A stretch of DNA of 64,000 nucleotides from an uncultured bacterium. GTDB taxonomy: Bacteria; Omnitrophota; Omnitrophia; Omnitrophales; Abzuiibacteriaceae. The stretch is from contig CAYLXA010000003.1 of NCBI GenBank assembly GCA_964387845.1, positions 160,001 through 224,000 on the forward strand, in the 5' to 3' direction. Both the position numbers and the translations under genes were made by a program. Below, one piece after another: positions 48,143 to 56,287 of this stretch; position 1 is the stretch's first letter; the number at the start of each line of letters is the position of its first letter. Below the pieces are notes generated by a model. It worked only from the letters and a program-made list of their open reading frames with translations. It did no database searches and was not told the DNA's origin.

Positions 48143-50509
48143 GTGCTTAAAGCAAAAGCCGCGAATGCATCCCATTGTTTTTGGTTTCTTCTAATTGTTC
48201 TTGCCCAGTTTATTTTCTTTGCGTATTGGATCATAACGCAAAGGATGTTCAGTGAGCACGACACATTCCATTTTTTTAGTCTCCAATATTATTATTTAAA
48301 TCATGCCGTGATGTATGGAGCCATTCCGCAATGGATCCCGTTTCTGACACACGGACTGATCGCCAGCCAGTTTTACGCTTTACAATCTGGACTCCTGCAA
48401 AATGTATTCATGCTGATTGCGCCCGTCTTTAAGCCGTTTAATTTTCTCAATATTTTTTACGCCAGCATGTTTATAGACGAATTGTTTCTTCTGGCCGGTT
48501 CGTGGCTTTTGGCAAAACGTTATTTTAAGTCAGTTTACACGGTTTTTTTTGTCTGCATTTCTGTCATCGGGTCAGCAATTTGGGCCTACCAGCCGTGGTT
48601 TAATTTCCGGTTCTATTATGCAATTCCGCTTATTCTTTTCTTTTTTCACACATTCTTAGATACGGGCCGCTGGCGGTATTTTGTTCTTGGCATGAATCTA
48701 ATTGCCATTCAAACGCTAGGCAATTTGTCCTATCTCATTCCGTTTACGACCGCCGCTCTTTTTGTATACTTTCTGTTGCATTTTTTTCTAAATCAGGAAA
48801 CTGTTCTCAAACAATTCAGCCAAATCCGGTTCAATCACTCGTTATGGATTCCGGCTTTTTGGATAGCCGTGTCTTTTACGGCGGTTTATGCAATCTTGGC
48901 TTTCGGCACCGATCAAGTTTTGTATTACGGCCACTTGCGGGCCCGCGACGGCAGTGTTGCATTAGAAAGTTTTATGCATACGAGGCCTGAAATGGGAAGG
49001 TTTAGCTTTTTTGAGTTCATGCTGGGCATTTTGCCTTTTAATGATTACACCATGTATACAGGTTTTATCTCGGCTTTTATGGTTATGTGGGCGCTGGTTA
49101 CTAAGTGGGATAGCCGGAAATCCGCTTTGATCTTGTTTTGTGCTTTCATTTTATTTTTCGCCTACGGCACTTTTGTGAGTATTTTCTTCTACCATGTCTG
49201 GCCCATGATGAAATATTTCCGCCACATTGAATTGACGATGAGTTTTTGTAAGTTGTTTCTTTGCTTTTTAGCAGGGTTTGGCTTTGAGGCGTTTTTTATA
49301 TCTCAAGAACCTTCCGGAAGAATAAAAATCCTTTTCGCTGCACTAGCTTTAATTATTTCCGCAGGTTTTTCTGCCGTCATGGCCAATCCTGATTTGTCCG
49401 GAAAAATATTTTCCTTTTTTAAATTAGACCCCGCTTTTGTTGATTTTTTGTACAGGAAGTATGAAGCAAGAGGCCTTTTGATTTTAGCGGCGGGATTGGC
49501 TTTTTCCGCAGTTTTGCTGATAAGTCTTAAAAAAAAGTTTGCTGCAATTCTGTGGTTTGTATTAATGGTTCATAGTTTGGATCTTTTTTTTTACAAGTGG
49601 CAGTTATTTTATGACGGCAGCACAAAATTGAGCCCAAAACAGTACCAGACGCTGCAATTTACCAAGATTCCCTTTTTTGAAAGCCGGGAAAGTAGTTATA
49701 CGGAAAGAGAGGTTATTTTTGGAGATGAGCCTAGCAAATTTTTTGAGGGAAGCAATGCCAGGTATTGGACACTTTTTACATTTCTTTTTCAAGATAGCTT
49801 TAACAGCGAGCGGCAAACCGATCAGTGGCTGAAGCCGCTCGATCATTTGATAAAGGCTTACCATGGCCAGTCTATTCATGATACAGAAGCTGTGCCTGCT
49901 GACGGATTTAATCAAAGGGAGCACAAACTCATTCTGCCTAATAAACCCTCGCTCCAAAAAATCAGCTCCCTCACCGAAGACAAAATCCAGTTCTTCTCGG
50001 ATGCCCATATCCTGGGTTCTCCGGATGAGGTTGCCGGATTAATGACAGACCCTCAATTTAAGGGAGATCTTCTTTTCTTGAATCAGCCGGGCCATGATCC
50101 TAAACCCTTTAACCGGCCGCTTGATTCCAATGAGCGCCTGAATCTCGACTATGAAGTCACTCATTTTGATTCCAATCAAATCCAAGTCTCAGTCAATATC
50201 CCGGGCAATCAACCCGCCTGGATATTCTACAGCGATGTCTGGCATCCTTTTTGGAAGGTAATAGTCAACGGTAAAACAAAAACAGTCTATAAAGCCGATC
50301 TTGCCTATAAAGCCGCCCCCCTAGAACCCGGGCAAAACAACATACGTTTCTACTTCGAATCCAACTGGATCTCTTTCCTTCATCTCTTCTTTAACCTCCA
50401 TGCCGTCTTCTGGCTCCTCATCCTGTGCCTGCTCATTGCCAAGATCTGTGTGCCGGAGGGGAGGTGGGGCAGGTTAAAAATTTTCGCTTTGATGCTTAAA
50501 GAGATATGA
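48143..50509 (+). CDS. YfhO-like GT-C family membrane glycosyltransferase, paralogue A
   Basis: 788 aa. N-terminal polytopic domain carrying the HDTFHFF…GAIPQWIP motif typical of YfhO-type proteins, then a large extracytoplasmic C-terminal domain and a terminal TM. Its last ~170 aa are identical to paralogue B. Confidence 0.55.
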   Translation: MLKAKAANASHCFWFLLIVLAQFIFFAYWIITQRMFSEHDTFHFFSLQYYYLNHAVMYGAIPQWIPFLTHGLIASQFYALQSGLLQNVFMLIAPVFKPFNFLNIFYASMFIDELFLLAGSWLLAKRYFKSVYTVFFVCISVIGSAIWAYQPWFNFRFYYAIPLILFFFHTFLDTGRWRYFVLGMNLIAIQTLGNLSYLIPFTTAALFVYFLLHFFLNQETVLKQFSQIRFNHSLWIPAFWIAVSFTAVYAILAFGTDQVLYYGHLRARDGSVALESFMHTRPEMGRFSFFEFMLGILPFNDYTMYTGFISAFMVMWALVTKWDSRKSALILFCAFILFFAYGTFVSIFFYHVWPMMKYFRHIELTMSFCKLFLCFLAGFGFEAFFISQEPSGRIKILFAALALIISAGFSAVMANPDLSGKIFSFFKLDPAFVDFLYRKYEARGLLILAAGLAFSAVLLISLKKKFAAILWFVLMVHSLDLFFYKWQLFYDGSTKLSPKQYQTLQFTKIPFFESRESSYTEREVIFGDEPSKFFEGSNARYWTLFTFLFQDSFNSERQTDQWLKPLDHLIKAYHGQSIHDTEAVPADGFNQREHKLILPNKPSLQKISSLTEDKIQFFSDAHILGSPDEVAGLMTDPQFKGDLLFLNQPGHDPKPFNRPLDSNERLNLDYEVTHFDSNQIQVSVNIPGNQPAWIFYSDVWHPFWKVIVNGKTKTVYKADLAYKAAPLEPGQNNIRFYFESNWISFLHLFFNLHAVFWLLILCLLIAKICVPEGRWGRLKIFALMLKEI
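48257..48345 (+). repeat. 89-bp block 100% identical to 53150-53238 (N-terminal region of the YfhO-like paralogues)
   Basis: Direct comparison: cacgacacattccatttttttagtctccaatattattatttaaatcatgccgtgatgtatggagccattccgcaatggatcccgtttct in both copies. Confidence 0.9.
49194..49247 (+). repeat. 54-bp block 100% identical to 54087-54140
   Basis: atgtctggcccatgatgaaatatttccgccacattgaattgacgatgagttttt in both copies; it encodes VWPMMKYFRHIELTMSF. Confidence 0.9.
49955..50464 (+). repeat. 510-bp block 100% identical to 54767-55276 (C-terminal ~170 codons of the YfhO-like paralogues)
   Basis: Verified line by line. Identity begins at caaaaaatcagctccctcaccgaagac and ends at tgtgccggaggggagg. Flanking sequence diverges immediately on both sides. 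Confidence 0.9.
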
Positions 50510-50542
50510 TAAGCTGACATTTAAGATTTTGAATTAGGATTA

Positions 50543-51562
50543 TTGTTCAATCGAAACCAATTCAAAAACCCTATGTTTCAAAACAAAAAAGTACTAGTGA
50601 CCGGCGGCAGCGGGATGATCGGCCGGTTTTTGGTCGATTTTCTCATTGAAAAGGGCGCCAAAGTCAGGGTTGCGTCTCTGGATGATCCGTCGCGCGTACA
50701 TGCCAAAGCAGAATTCCGCCGTGCAAATTTAACGGAATTTAGTGCCTGCCTGGCGGCCTGCGAAGGCATGGATTATGTTTTTCATTTGGCAGGAATCAAG
50801 GGCTCCCCATTAATGGCGGCCAAAAGGCCCGCTAGTTTCTTTGTCCCTATTATTTCATTCAATACCAACATGATGGAAGCGGCGCGTCAGTGCAAAGTCG
50901 AGCGCTATTTGTATACCAGCACTATCGGAGTTTACGCTCCGGCTGAAGTATTCTATGAAGACGATGTATGGAAAGCATTTCCTTCCGAGAATGACAAGTT
51001 TGCGGGATGGGCCAAGCGCATCGGGGAACTTCAGGCCGAAGCCTATAAAATTGAGCACGGCTGGAACGGTGTTCAGATTGTCAGGCCGGCCAACGTGTAC
51101 GGCCCTTATGATAATTTTGACCCCAACAATTCAACTGTCATAGCGTCATTAATTAAACGGGCCGTAGATGGTGAAAATCCGCTTACGGTTTGGGGCGATG
51201 GTTCGCCGATCCGAGATTTTATTCACGCCAAAGACGTTGCCCGCGGCATGCTGATTGTGATGGAAAAAATGCCCGGAAAGCCCGTCAATTTGGGAAGTGG
51301 CGTGGGTGTTACCATTAAACAAATTGTCGAAGTTATCGTGAGCCATTTAAAGAAAAAACCCGAAATTATGTGGGATACGTCAAAGCCGTTGGGCGATAAA
51401 AAGCGCCTGATGGATGTTGCGCGCGCCAAGTCTATCGGTTTTGAACCCGAAATATCGATTGAGCAAGGGATTCATGAACTCATGGATTGGTATCGAGCCA
51501 ATAGGCAGTTACTTGATAAACGGTATAATGTTTTTACTCAAGATAGATTGATGTCAACCTAG
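50543..51562 (+). CDS. GDP-L-fucose synthase-like NAD(P)-dependent epimerase/reductase
   Basis: VLVTGGSGMIGR, YxxxK (YAPAE…), and NVYGPYDNFDPNNSTVIASLIKRA, which resembles the Fcl NLYGPxDNF…HVIPALI block. Confidence 0.6.
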   Translation: MFNRNQFKNPMFQNKKVLVTGGSGMIGRFLVDFLIEKGAKVRVASLDDPSRVHAKAEFRRANLTEFSACLAACEGMDYVFHLAGIKGSPLMAAKRPASFFVPIISFNTNMMEAARQCKVERYLYTSTIGVYAPAEVFYEDDVWKAFPSENDKFAGWAKRIGELQAEAYKIEHGWNGVQIVRPANVYGPYDNFDPNNSTVIASLIKRAVDGENPLTVWGDGSPIRDFIHAKDVARGMLIVMEKMPGKPVNLGSGVGVTIKQIVEVIVSHLKKKPEIMWDTSKPLGDKKRLMDVARAKSIGFEPEISIEQGIHELMDWYRANRQLLDKRYNVFTQDRLMST

Positions 51563-51615
51563 AAAGGCGGCGCTGTATTTCCCAAAATTTTTTAATTACC
51601 GGGATTCGAAGCGGC

Positions 51616-52344
51616 TTGGGCCGATATTTGCACGAAGAACTCAAAGGGCGAGGTATTTCTCGAGAAACGATTGGTGAAGAATTTAATCAAATAATAAAAT
51701 CAGGCGCTCAAACGATTATTCATTGTGCCTTTAACTCGTTTCAGAACGCCGACCCTGCATTAGCAAGCAATCTTCGTAAAGAAAATCTCGTGTTCACAAA
51801 AAAACTGACCCAAATCCCTCATCAAAAGTTTATTTTTATTTCCAGTGTAGATGTTTATCCAAGAAATTCGGAACTGCACAACGAAAATGAAGTTATTCAA
51901 GAGAACCAAGTCGAAGGCGTATACGCCAAAAGCAAATTTGAATGTGAATCAGCCGTTCAAATCGGGTGTAAAAATTATTTAATATTGCGCTCTTCGTCAC
52001 TCCTTGGTAAATATTCGAGACCGAGCAGTTTAATTCGCATATTAAAAGAAGAAAATTGCCGGCTGACATTGTCGCCTGATTCGGATTTAAATTGCGTACT
52101 TTATGAAGATGTTCTCGGATTTTTGCGTCTTTCAGTCAAAGAAAGTCTGAAGGGAGTTTATAACACCGTGTCATCGGGAAATATTTTGGTGTCTGATGCT
52201 GCGAAATTATTAAAGAAAAAAGTAGAGTTTGGAAATTATAGTTATCAGGTCGGAAACGTCGATAATCGTAAAGCTTCATTGATATATCCGGCATTTAAGA
52301 AGACATCAGAGCAAATATTCAAACAATTTTCTAGACAAATATGA
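51616..52344 (+). CDS. NAD-dependent epimerase/reductase (RmlD-like); start uncertain
   Basis: YAKSK catalytic motif. The Rossmann motif ITGIRSGLG is encoded in frame upstream (51589-51630) of the called TTG start, with no ATG/GTG after the in-frame stop at 51544. Confidence 0.5.
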   Translation: MGRYLHEELKGRGISRETIGEEFNQIIKSGAQTIIHCAFNSFQNADPALASNLRKENLVFTKKLTQIPHQKFIFISSVDVYPRNSELHNENEVIQENQVEGVYAKSKFECESAVQIGCKNYLILRSSSLLGKYSRPSSLIRILKEENCRLTLSPDSDLNCVLYEDVLGFLRLSVKESLKGVYNTVSSGNILVSDAAKLLKKKVEFGNYSYQVGNVDNRKASLIYPAFKKTSEQIFKQFSRQI

Positions 52345-53012
52345 AGACAACTTTATTAGTTCCTACTCTGAACGAAATTGAAGGCATGAAAATCATCATG
52401 CCAAGAATTGACCCTAAGTGGGTTGATGAAATTTTAGTAATCGACGGCGGCTCTACGGACGGAACCATTGAATATGCGAAGGAGCACGGCTATCGGCTGA
52501 TACATCAAAAATCAAAAGGAATCACATTGGCCTATAAAGAAGCTTTGGATCAAATTTCAAACGATGTTGTCATTGCGTTCAGCCCTGACGGCAACTCAGT
52601 TCCTGAAATAATTCCGGATTTGATACGGGCCATGAAAGAAGGATACGACATGGTGATCGTTTCTCGCTATTTAAAAGGAGCTGGTAGTGAAGATGACGAC
52701 CCCGTTACCGCATTTGGGAATTGGATGTTTACCGCGATCATCAATCTGGTTTTTGGAGGGCATTATACCGATACGCTCGTGATGTTCCGGGCTTTTAAGA
52801 CGAGCGTTGTTAAATCGTTTCCGACCAATGTGCCGCGCGCAGGCCTTGAACCCATGCTTTCCATCCGGTGCGCTAAGCATAAACTCAAAGTTTCTGAAAT
52901 TCCGGGTAAAGAACCAAAGCGAATCGGCGGAATCCGAAAAATGGTCCCTATTTTGAATGGGCTCGATATTGTAAAGCTCATCGTCCAAGAGAGACTTTCA
53001 CCGAATTCTTAA
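52341..53012 (+). CDS. GT2-family glycosyltransferase (polyprenyl-phosphate sugar synthase, DPM1/GtrB/CsbB-like)
   Basis: …LVPTLNE…ILVIDGGSTDGT… and DxD-like …AFSPDGNS… of GT-A fold; 223 aa. Confidence 0.75.
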   Translation: MKTTLLVPTLNEIEGMKIIMPRIDPKWVDEILVIDGGSTDGTIEYAKEHGYRLIHQKSKGITLAYKEALDQISNDVVIAFSPDGNSVPEIIPDLIRAMKEGYDMVIVSRYLKGAGSEDDDPVTAFGNWMFTAIINLVFGGHYTDTLVMFRAFKTSVVKSFPTNVPRAGLEPMLSIRCAKHKLKVSEIPGKEPKRIGGIRKMVPILNGLDIVKLIVQERLSPNS

Positions 53013-53035
53013 GCCTTCCTTTATTAGAGGTTAGC

Positions 53036-55309
53036 TTGGAAAAGATAAAAAAATTTTTTAATCTAGAATTCCGTTTATTTTTTCTGCTAGTTTCAATTCA
53101 AGCCGCTTTTTTTTTGACGTTAATTCTGCAAAAAAGGCTCCCAAATTCACACGACACATTCCATTTTTTTAGTCTCCAATATTATTATTTAAATCATGCC
53201 GTGATGTATGGAGCCATTCCGCAATGGATCCCGTTTCTCACGCACGGATTGATTGCAAACGGATTTTATGCGCTGCAATGCGGGTTTCTACAGAACGTGC
53301 TTATGGCGGCTGCGCCGTTTTTGAGCAAAATCAATTTCTTGCCCGTATTTTATGCGGGCATGTTTGTCGATGAGCTTCTGCTGGTTGTTGGTACTTGGCT
53401 GCTTGCCAAAAGATTTTTTTCATCTTTATCGACCGTTTTTTTTGTTTGCATCTCGGTCGTCGGCTCCTCCGTTTGGGTAACCCAACCGTGGTTTAATTTT
53501 CGGTTTCTTTATACGGTTCCGCTTATGATTTATTTTTTTCATCTGTTTCTTGAATCTGCCAAATGGCGGTATTTTTTCCTAGGATTTGGCTTAATGGCCT
53601 TTCAAACGCTCGGCAATTTGGCGTATTCGATTCCGTTTACCAGTGTTTTTATTTTCATGTACTTTTTATTTTATACAGCTTTAAATTTCAGAAACGTACT
53701 GGCTCAAGCCAAACAAATAAAATTTAATTTTTCGTTGCTGATTCCGGCTTTGTGGGTGATTGCACTATTCGTGCTCTGTTACAGCATTCTTTCATTCGGA
53801 ACGGATGAGGTAATGCATTACGGTTTTAACAGGAATCGAGACGGCACTGTCAGCCTCGGTGATTTTTTGGATGCAAGCCCACTTTTGGCCAGGCTCAGTC
53901 CCGATGAGCTTCTGTTTGGTGCGCTTCCGTCAATTGATTACTCGCTATATGCAGGAGTGGCGGCAGTTTATTTTGCGATAGCGGGCGCTATTGCAAACAG
54001 AAGTAGAAATAAAATCGTATTTGTTTTATTGGCCATTTTTATCATGCTCTTTTCTCAGGGAGCTTTTGTCAGCATGTTTTTTTATTATGTCTGGCCCATG
54101 ATGAAATATTTCCGCCACATTGAATTGACGATGAGTTTTTTCAGGCTATCCATGTGCTTTTTAGCGGGTTTTGGCTTCGAGTGGCTCTTGGTTCACAAGA
54201 CGGAAACAGGGAGGGCACATGTTTTTATAGCGTCGGTTTGCTTTATCGCATCATTAGGATATTTTATTTTGGGCTATGGTGAAAATAGCAACGGTTTTTT
54301 AATATTGATAATCGGAACTTTATTTTCATTTTTTCTTTTATTTGACAGAAAGAAGTGGCATGGAGTTACTGTTGTACTTTTATTAATGCTCCATAGCGTT
54401 GATATATTTGCATATAAATGGACCGAGTTTGAAAAGAAAAGTTTTTTACTCAATGAGCAACAGTATGAAATTCTAAAATTTTCAAAGATCCCGTTTGTTA
54501 GTAAAAGAGACCAAGGATATTCGGGTCGAGAACCTATTTTGGGCGATTTGCTTCAGTTCGTGATTCGCGGAGGGAATTATTGGACGATTTATGCATTTCT
54601 TTTCAAAGATGACTTCGATAGCTATTTACAGACCCATCAATGGATGCTACCTCTCGACCAGTATTTAAGGGCCTATGCCGGGGTTTCTATATATGATCGT
54701 CAATCGGTGCCAATACCTACGTTTCGCATCAACCGCGCTTTGGTATTTCCAAGAAGTTCTTCTTTGCAAAAAATCAGCTCCCTCACCGAAGACAAAATCC
54801 AGTTCTTCTCGGATGCCCATATCCTGGGTTCTCCGGATGAGGTTGCCGGATTAATGACAGACCCTCAATTTAAGGGAGATCTTCTTTTCTTGAATCAGCC
54901 GGGCCATGATCCTAAACCCTTTAACCGGCCGCTTGATTCCAATGAGCGCCTGAATCTCGACTATGAAGTCACTCATTTTGATTCCAATCAAATCCAAGTC
55001 TCAGTCAATATCCCGGGCAATCAACCCGCCTGGATATTCTACAGCGATGTCTGGCATCCTTTTTGGAAGGTAATAGTCAACGGTAAAACAAAAACAGTCT
55101 ATAAAGCCGATCTTGCCTATAAAGCCGCCCCCCTAGAACCCGGGCAAAACAACATACGTTTCTACTTCGAATCCAACTGGATCTCTTTCCTTCATCTCTT
55201 CTTTAACCTCCATGCCGTCTTCTGGCTCCTCATCCTGTGCCTGCTCATTGCCAAGATCTGTGTGCCGGAGGGGAGGCAGCGCGGCGTGAAGATATATGAA
55301 TTAATTTAG
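53036..55309 (+). CDS. YfhO-like GT-C family membrane glycosyltransferase, paralogue B
   Basis: 757 aa with the same architecture as paralogue A, to which it is roughly 35-65% identical over most of its length. Three segments (89, 54 and 510 bp) are 100% nucleotide-identical to A. Confidence 0.55.
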   Translation: MEKIKKFFNLEFRLFFLLVSIQAAFFLTLILQKRLPNSHDTFHFFSLQYYYLNHAVMYGAIPQWIPFLTHGLIANGFYALQCGFLQNVLMAAAPFLSKINFLPVFYAGMFVDELLLVVGTWLLAKRFFSSLSTVFFVCISVVGSSVWVTQPWFNFRFLYTVPLMIYFFHLFLESAKWRYFFLGFGLMAFQTLGNLAYSIPFTSVFIFMYFLFYTALNFRNVLAQAKQIKFNFSLLIPALWVIALFVLCYSILSFGTDEVMHYGFNRNRDGTVSLGDFLDASPLLARLSPDELLFGALPSIDYSLYAGVAAVYFAIAGAIANRSRNKIVFVLLAIFIMLFSQGAFVSMFFYYVWPMMKYFRHIELTMSFFRLSMCFLAGFGFEWLLVHKTETGRAHVFIASVCFIASLGYFILGYGENSNGFLILIIGTLFSFFLLFDRKKWHGVTVVLLLMLHSVDIFAYKWTEFEKKSFLLNEQQYEILKFSKIPFVSKRDQGYSGREPILGDLLQFVIRGGNYWTIYAFLFKDDFDSYLQTHQWMLPLDQYLRAYAGVSIYDRQSVPIPTFRINRALVFPRSSSLQKISSLTEDKIQFFSDAHILGSPDEVAGLMTDPQFKGDLLFLNQPGHDPKPFNRPLDSNERLNLDYEVTHFDSNQIQVSVNIPGNQPAWIFYSDVWHPFWKVIVNGKTKTVYKADLAYKAAPLEPGQNNIRFYFESNWISFLHLFFNLHAVFWLLILCLLIAKICVPEGRQRGVKIYELI
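54767..55276 (+). repeat. Second copy of the 510-bp identical block
   Basis: See 49955-50464. Confidence 0.9.
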
Positions 55310-56287
55310 AGGAAGTTTTATGATGCTGGCTGAAATTAGCGGCTCACCGATTTCAATTTCGGTTCCAACCTGAAGATAATCACTTGCAACGAAACCAAGC
55401 GCAAGCGGCTTTGAAAGCGCAGGCGAAAACACGGCGCTTGTGATCCGGCCGATTTCCTTTCCCGATTTTTGAATTTTATCTCCCAAATTAGGGATTTTGT
55501 CTCCGGCCACAATAATTCCGGTTAACTGTTTTGCAAATTTTCCGCGGCTGTCGATTCGCGCGACAATTTCCTGGCCCGGGTAGCAGCCTTTTGTAAAGCT
55601 CACAGCTTTTGGCTCGATTAGTTTCACTTCCGGCAAGATAATGTCTTCAGTCAGGTCAATTCCATACCGCGGCGTTCCGGATTCAACGCGTAAAATCTGA
55701 ATAATTTCAGATTCAATTTGCGAGATGCCCAGCGGCTGCGCAGCGCTTTTGATTTTTTCGAGTGCTTTGCTTTTTTCTTGGCTCGGAATCACAATGCACC
55801 AAGTTTTAAATCCGAAAAGGGAGATACAGAAAATCCGGCAGTCAAAATCTTTTGCTTTTGACGGCCCGTGCGAAAAAATCTCCTTCGGGTAATCACTATT
55901 AAAAAGCGTTTTAACGGCATCTTCAGCTTTCGGGCCCAAAATCGCCAAGATCGAAAGCTCTTTAGATTGATTGGTAAATGTTACATCGTCGGTAACCGTA
56001 AATTTTTCTAGAACGCCAATGACTTTCTCGGTAATCGAAGATTCCATAGCAAGCCACGTTCTTTCATTTTCAACAAACACATTCATGTCGGCGATGATTT
56101 TAGCCTGAGCATTCAACAGGCAAGCATAACAGCCGCTTCCGGATTTTATGTTTTTGATATCATTTGTGAGCATCCGGTGAAGAAATGAAACGGCATCTTT
56201 TCCGTTCACTTCGATTAAGGCCCGGTTTGAAAGATCAATGATTGCGCCGTTAGATTTTGCGGATTTGTATTGATCCATGTTTTTCAT
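55301..56287 (-). CDS. ygfZ: YgfZ-family folate-binding protein (GcvT-like, Fe-S cluster repair/tRNA modification)
   Basis: KGCYPGQE signature near the C-terminus and a GcvT-like fold; 328 aa. Confidence 0.75.
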   Translation of the reverse strand: MKNMDQYKSAKSNGAIIDLSNRALIEVNGKDAVSFLHRMLTNDIKNIKSGSGCYACLLNAQAKIIADMNVFVENERTWLAMESSITEKVIGVLEKFTVTDDVTFTNQSKELSILAILGPKAEDAVKTLFNSDYPKEIFSHGPSKAKDFDCRIFCISLFGFKTWCIVIPSQEKSKALEKIKSAAQPLGISQIESEIIQILRVESGTPRYGIDLTEDIILPEVKLIEPKAVSFTKGCYPGQEIVARIDSRGKFAKQLTGIIVAGDKIPNLGDKIQKSGKEIGRITSAVFSPALSKPLALGFVASDYLQVGTEIEIGEPLISASIIKLPLN

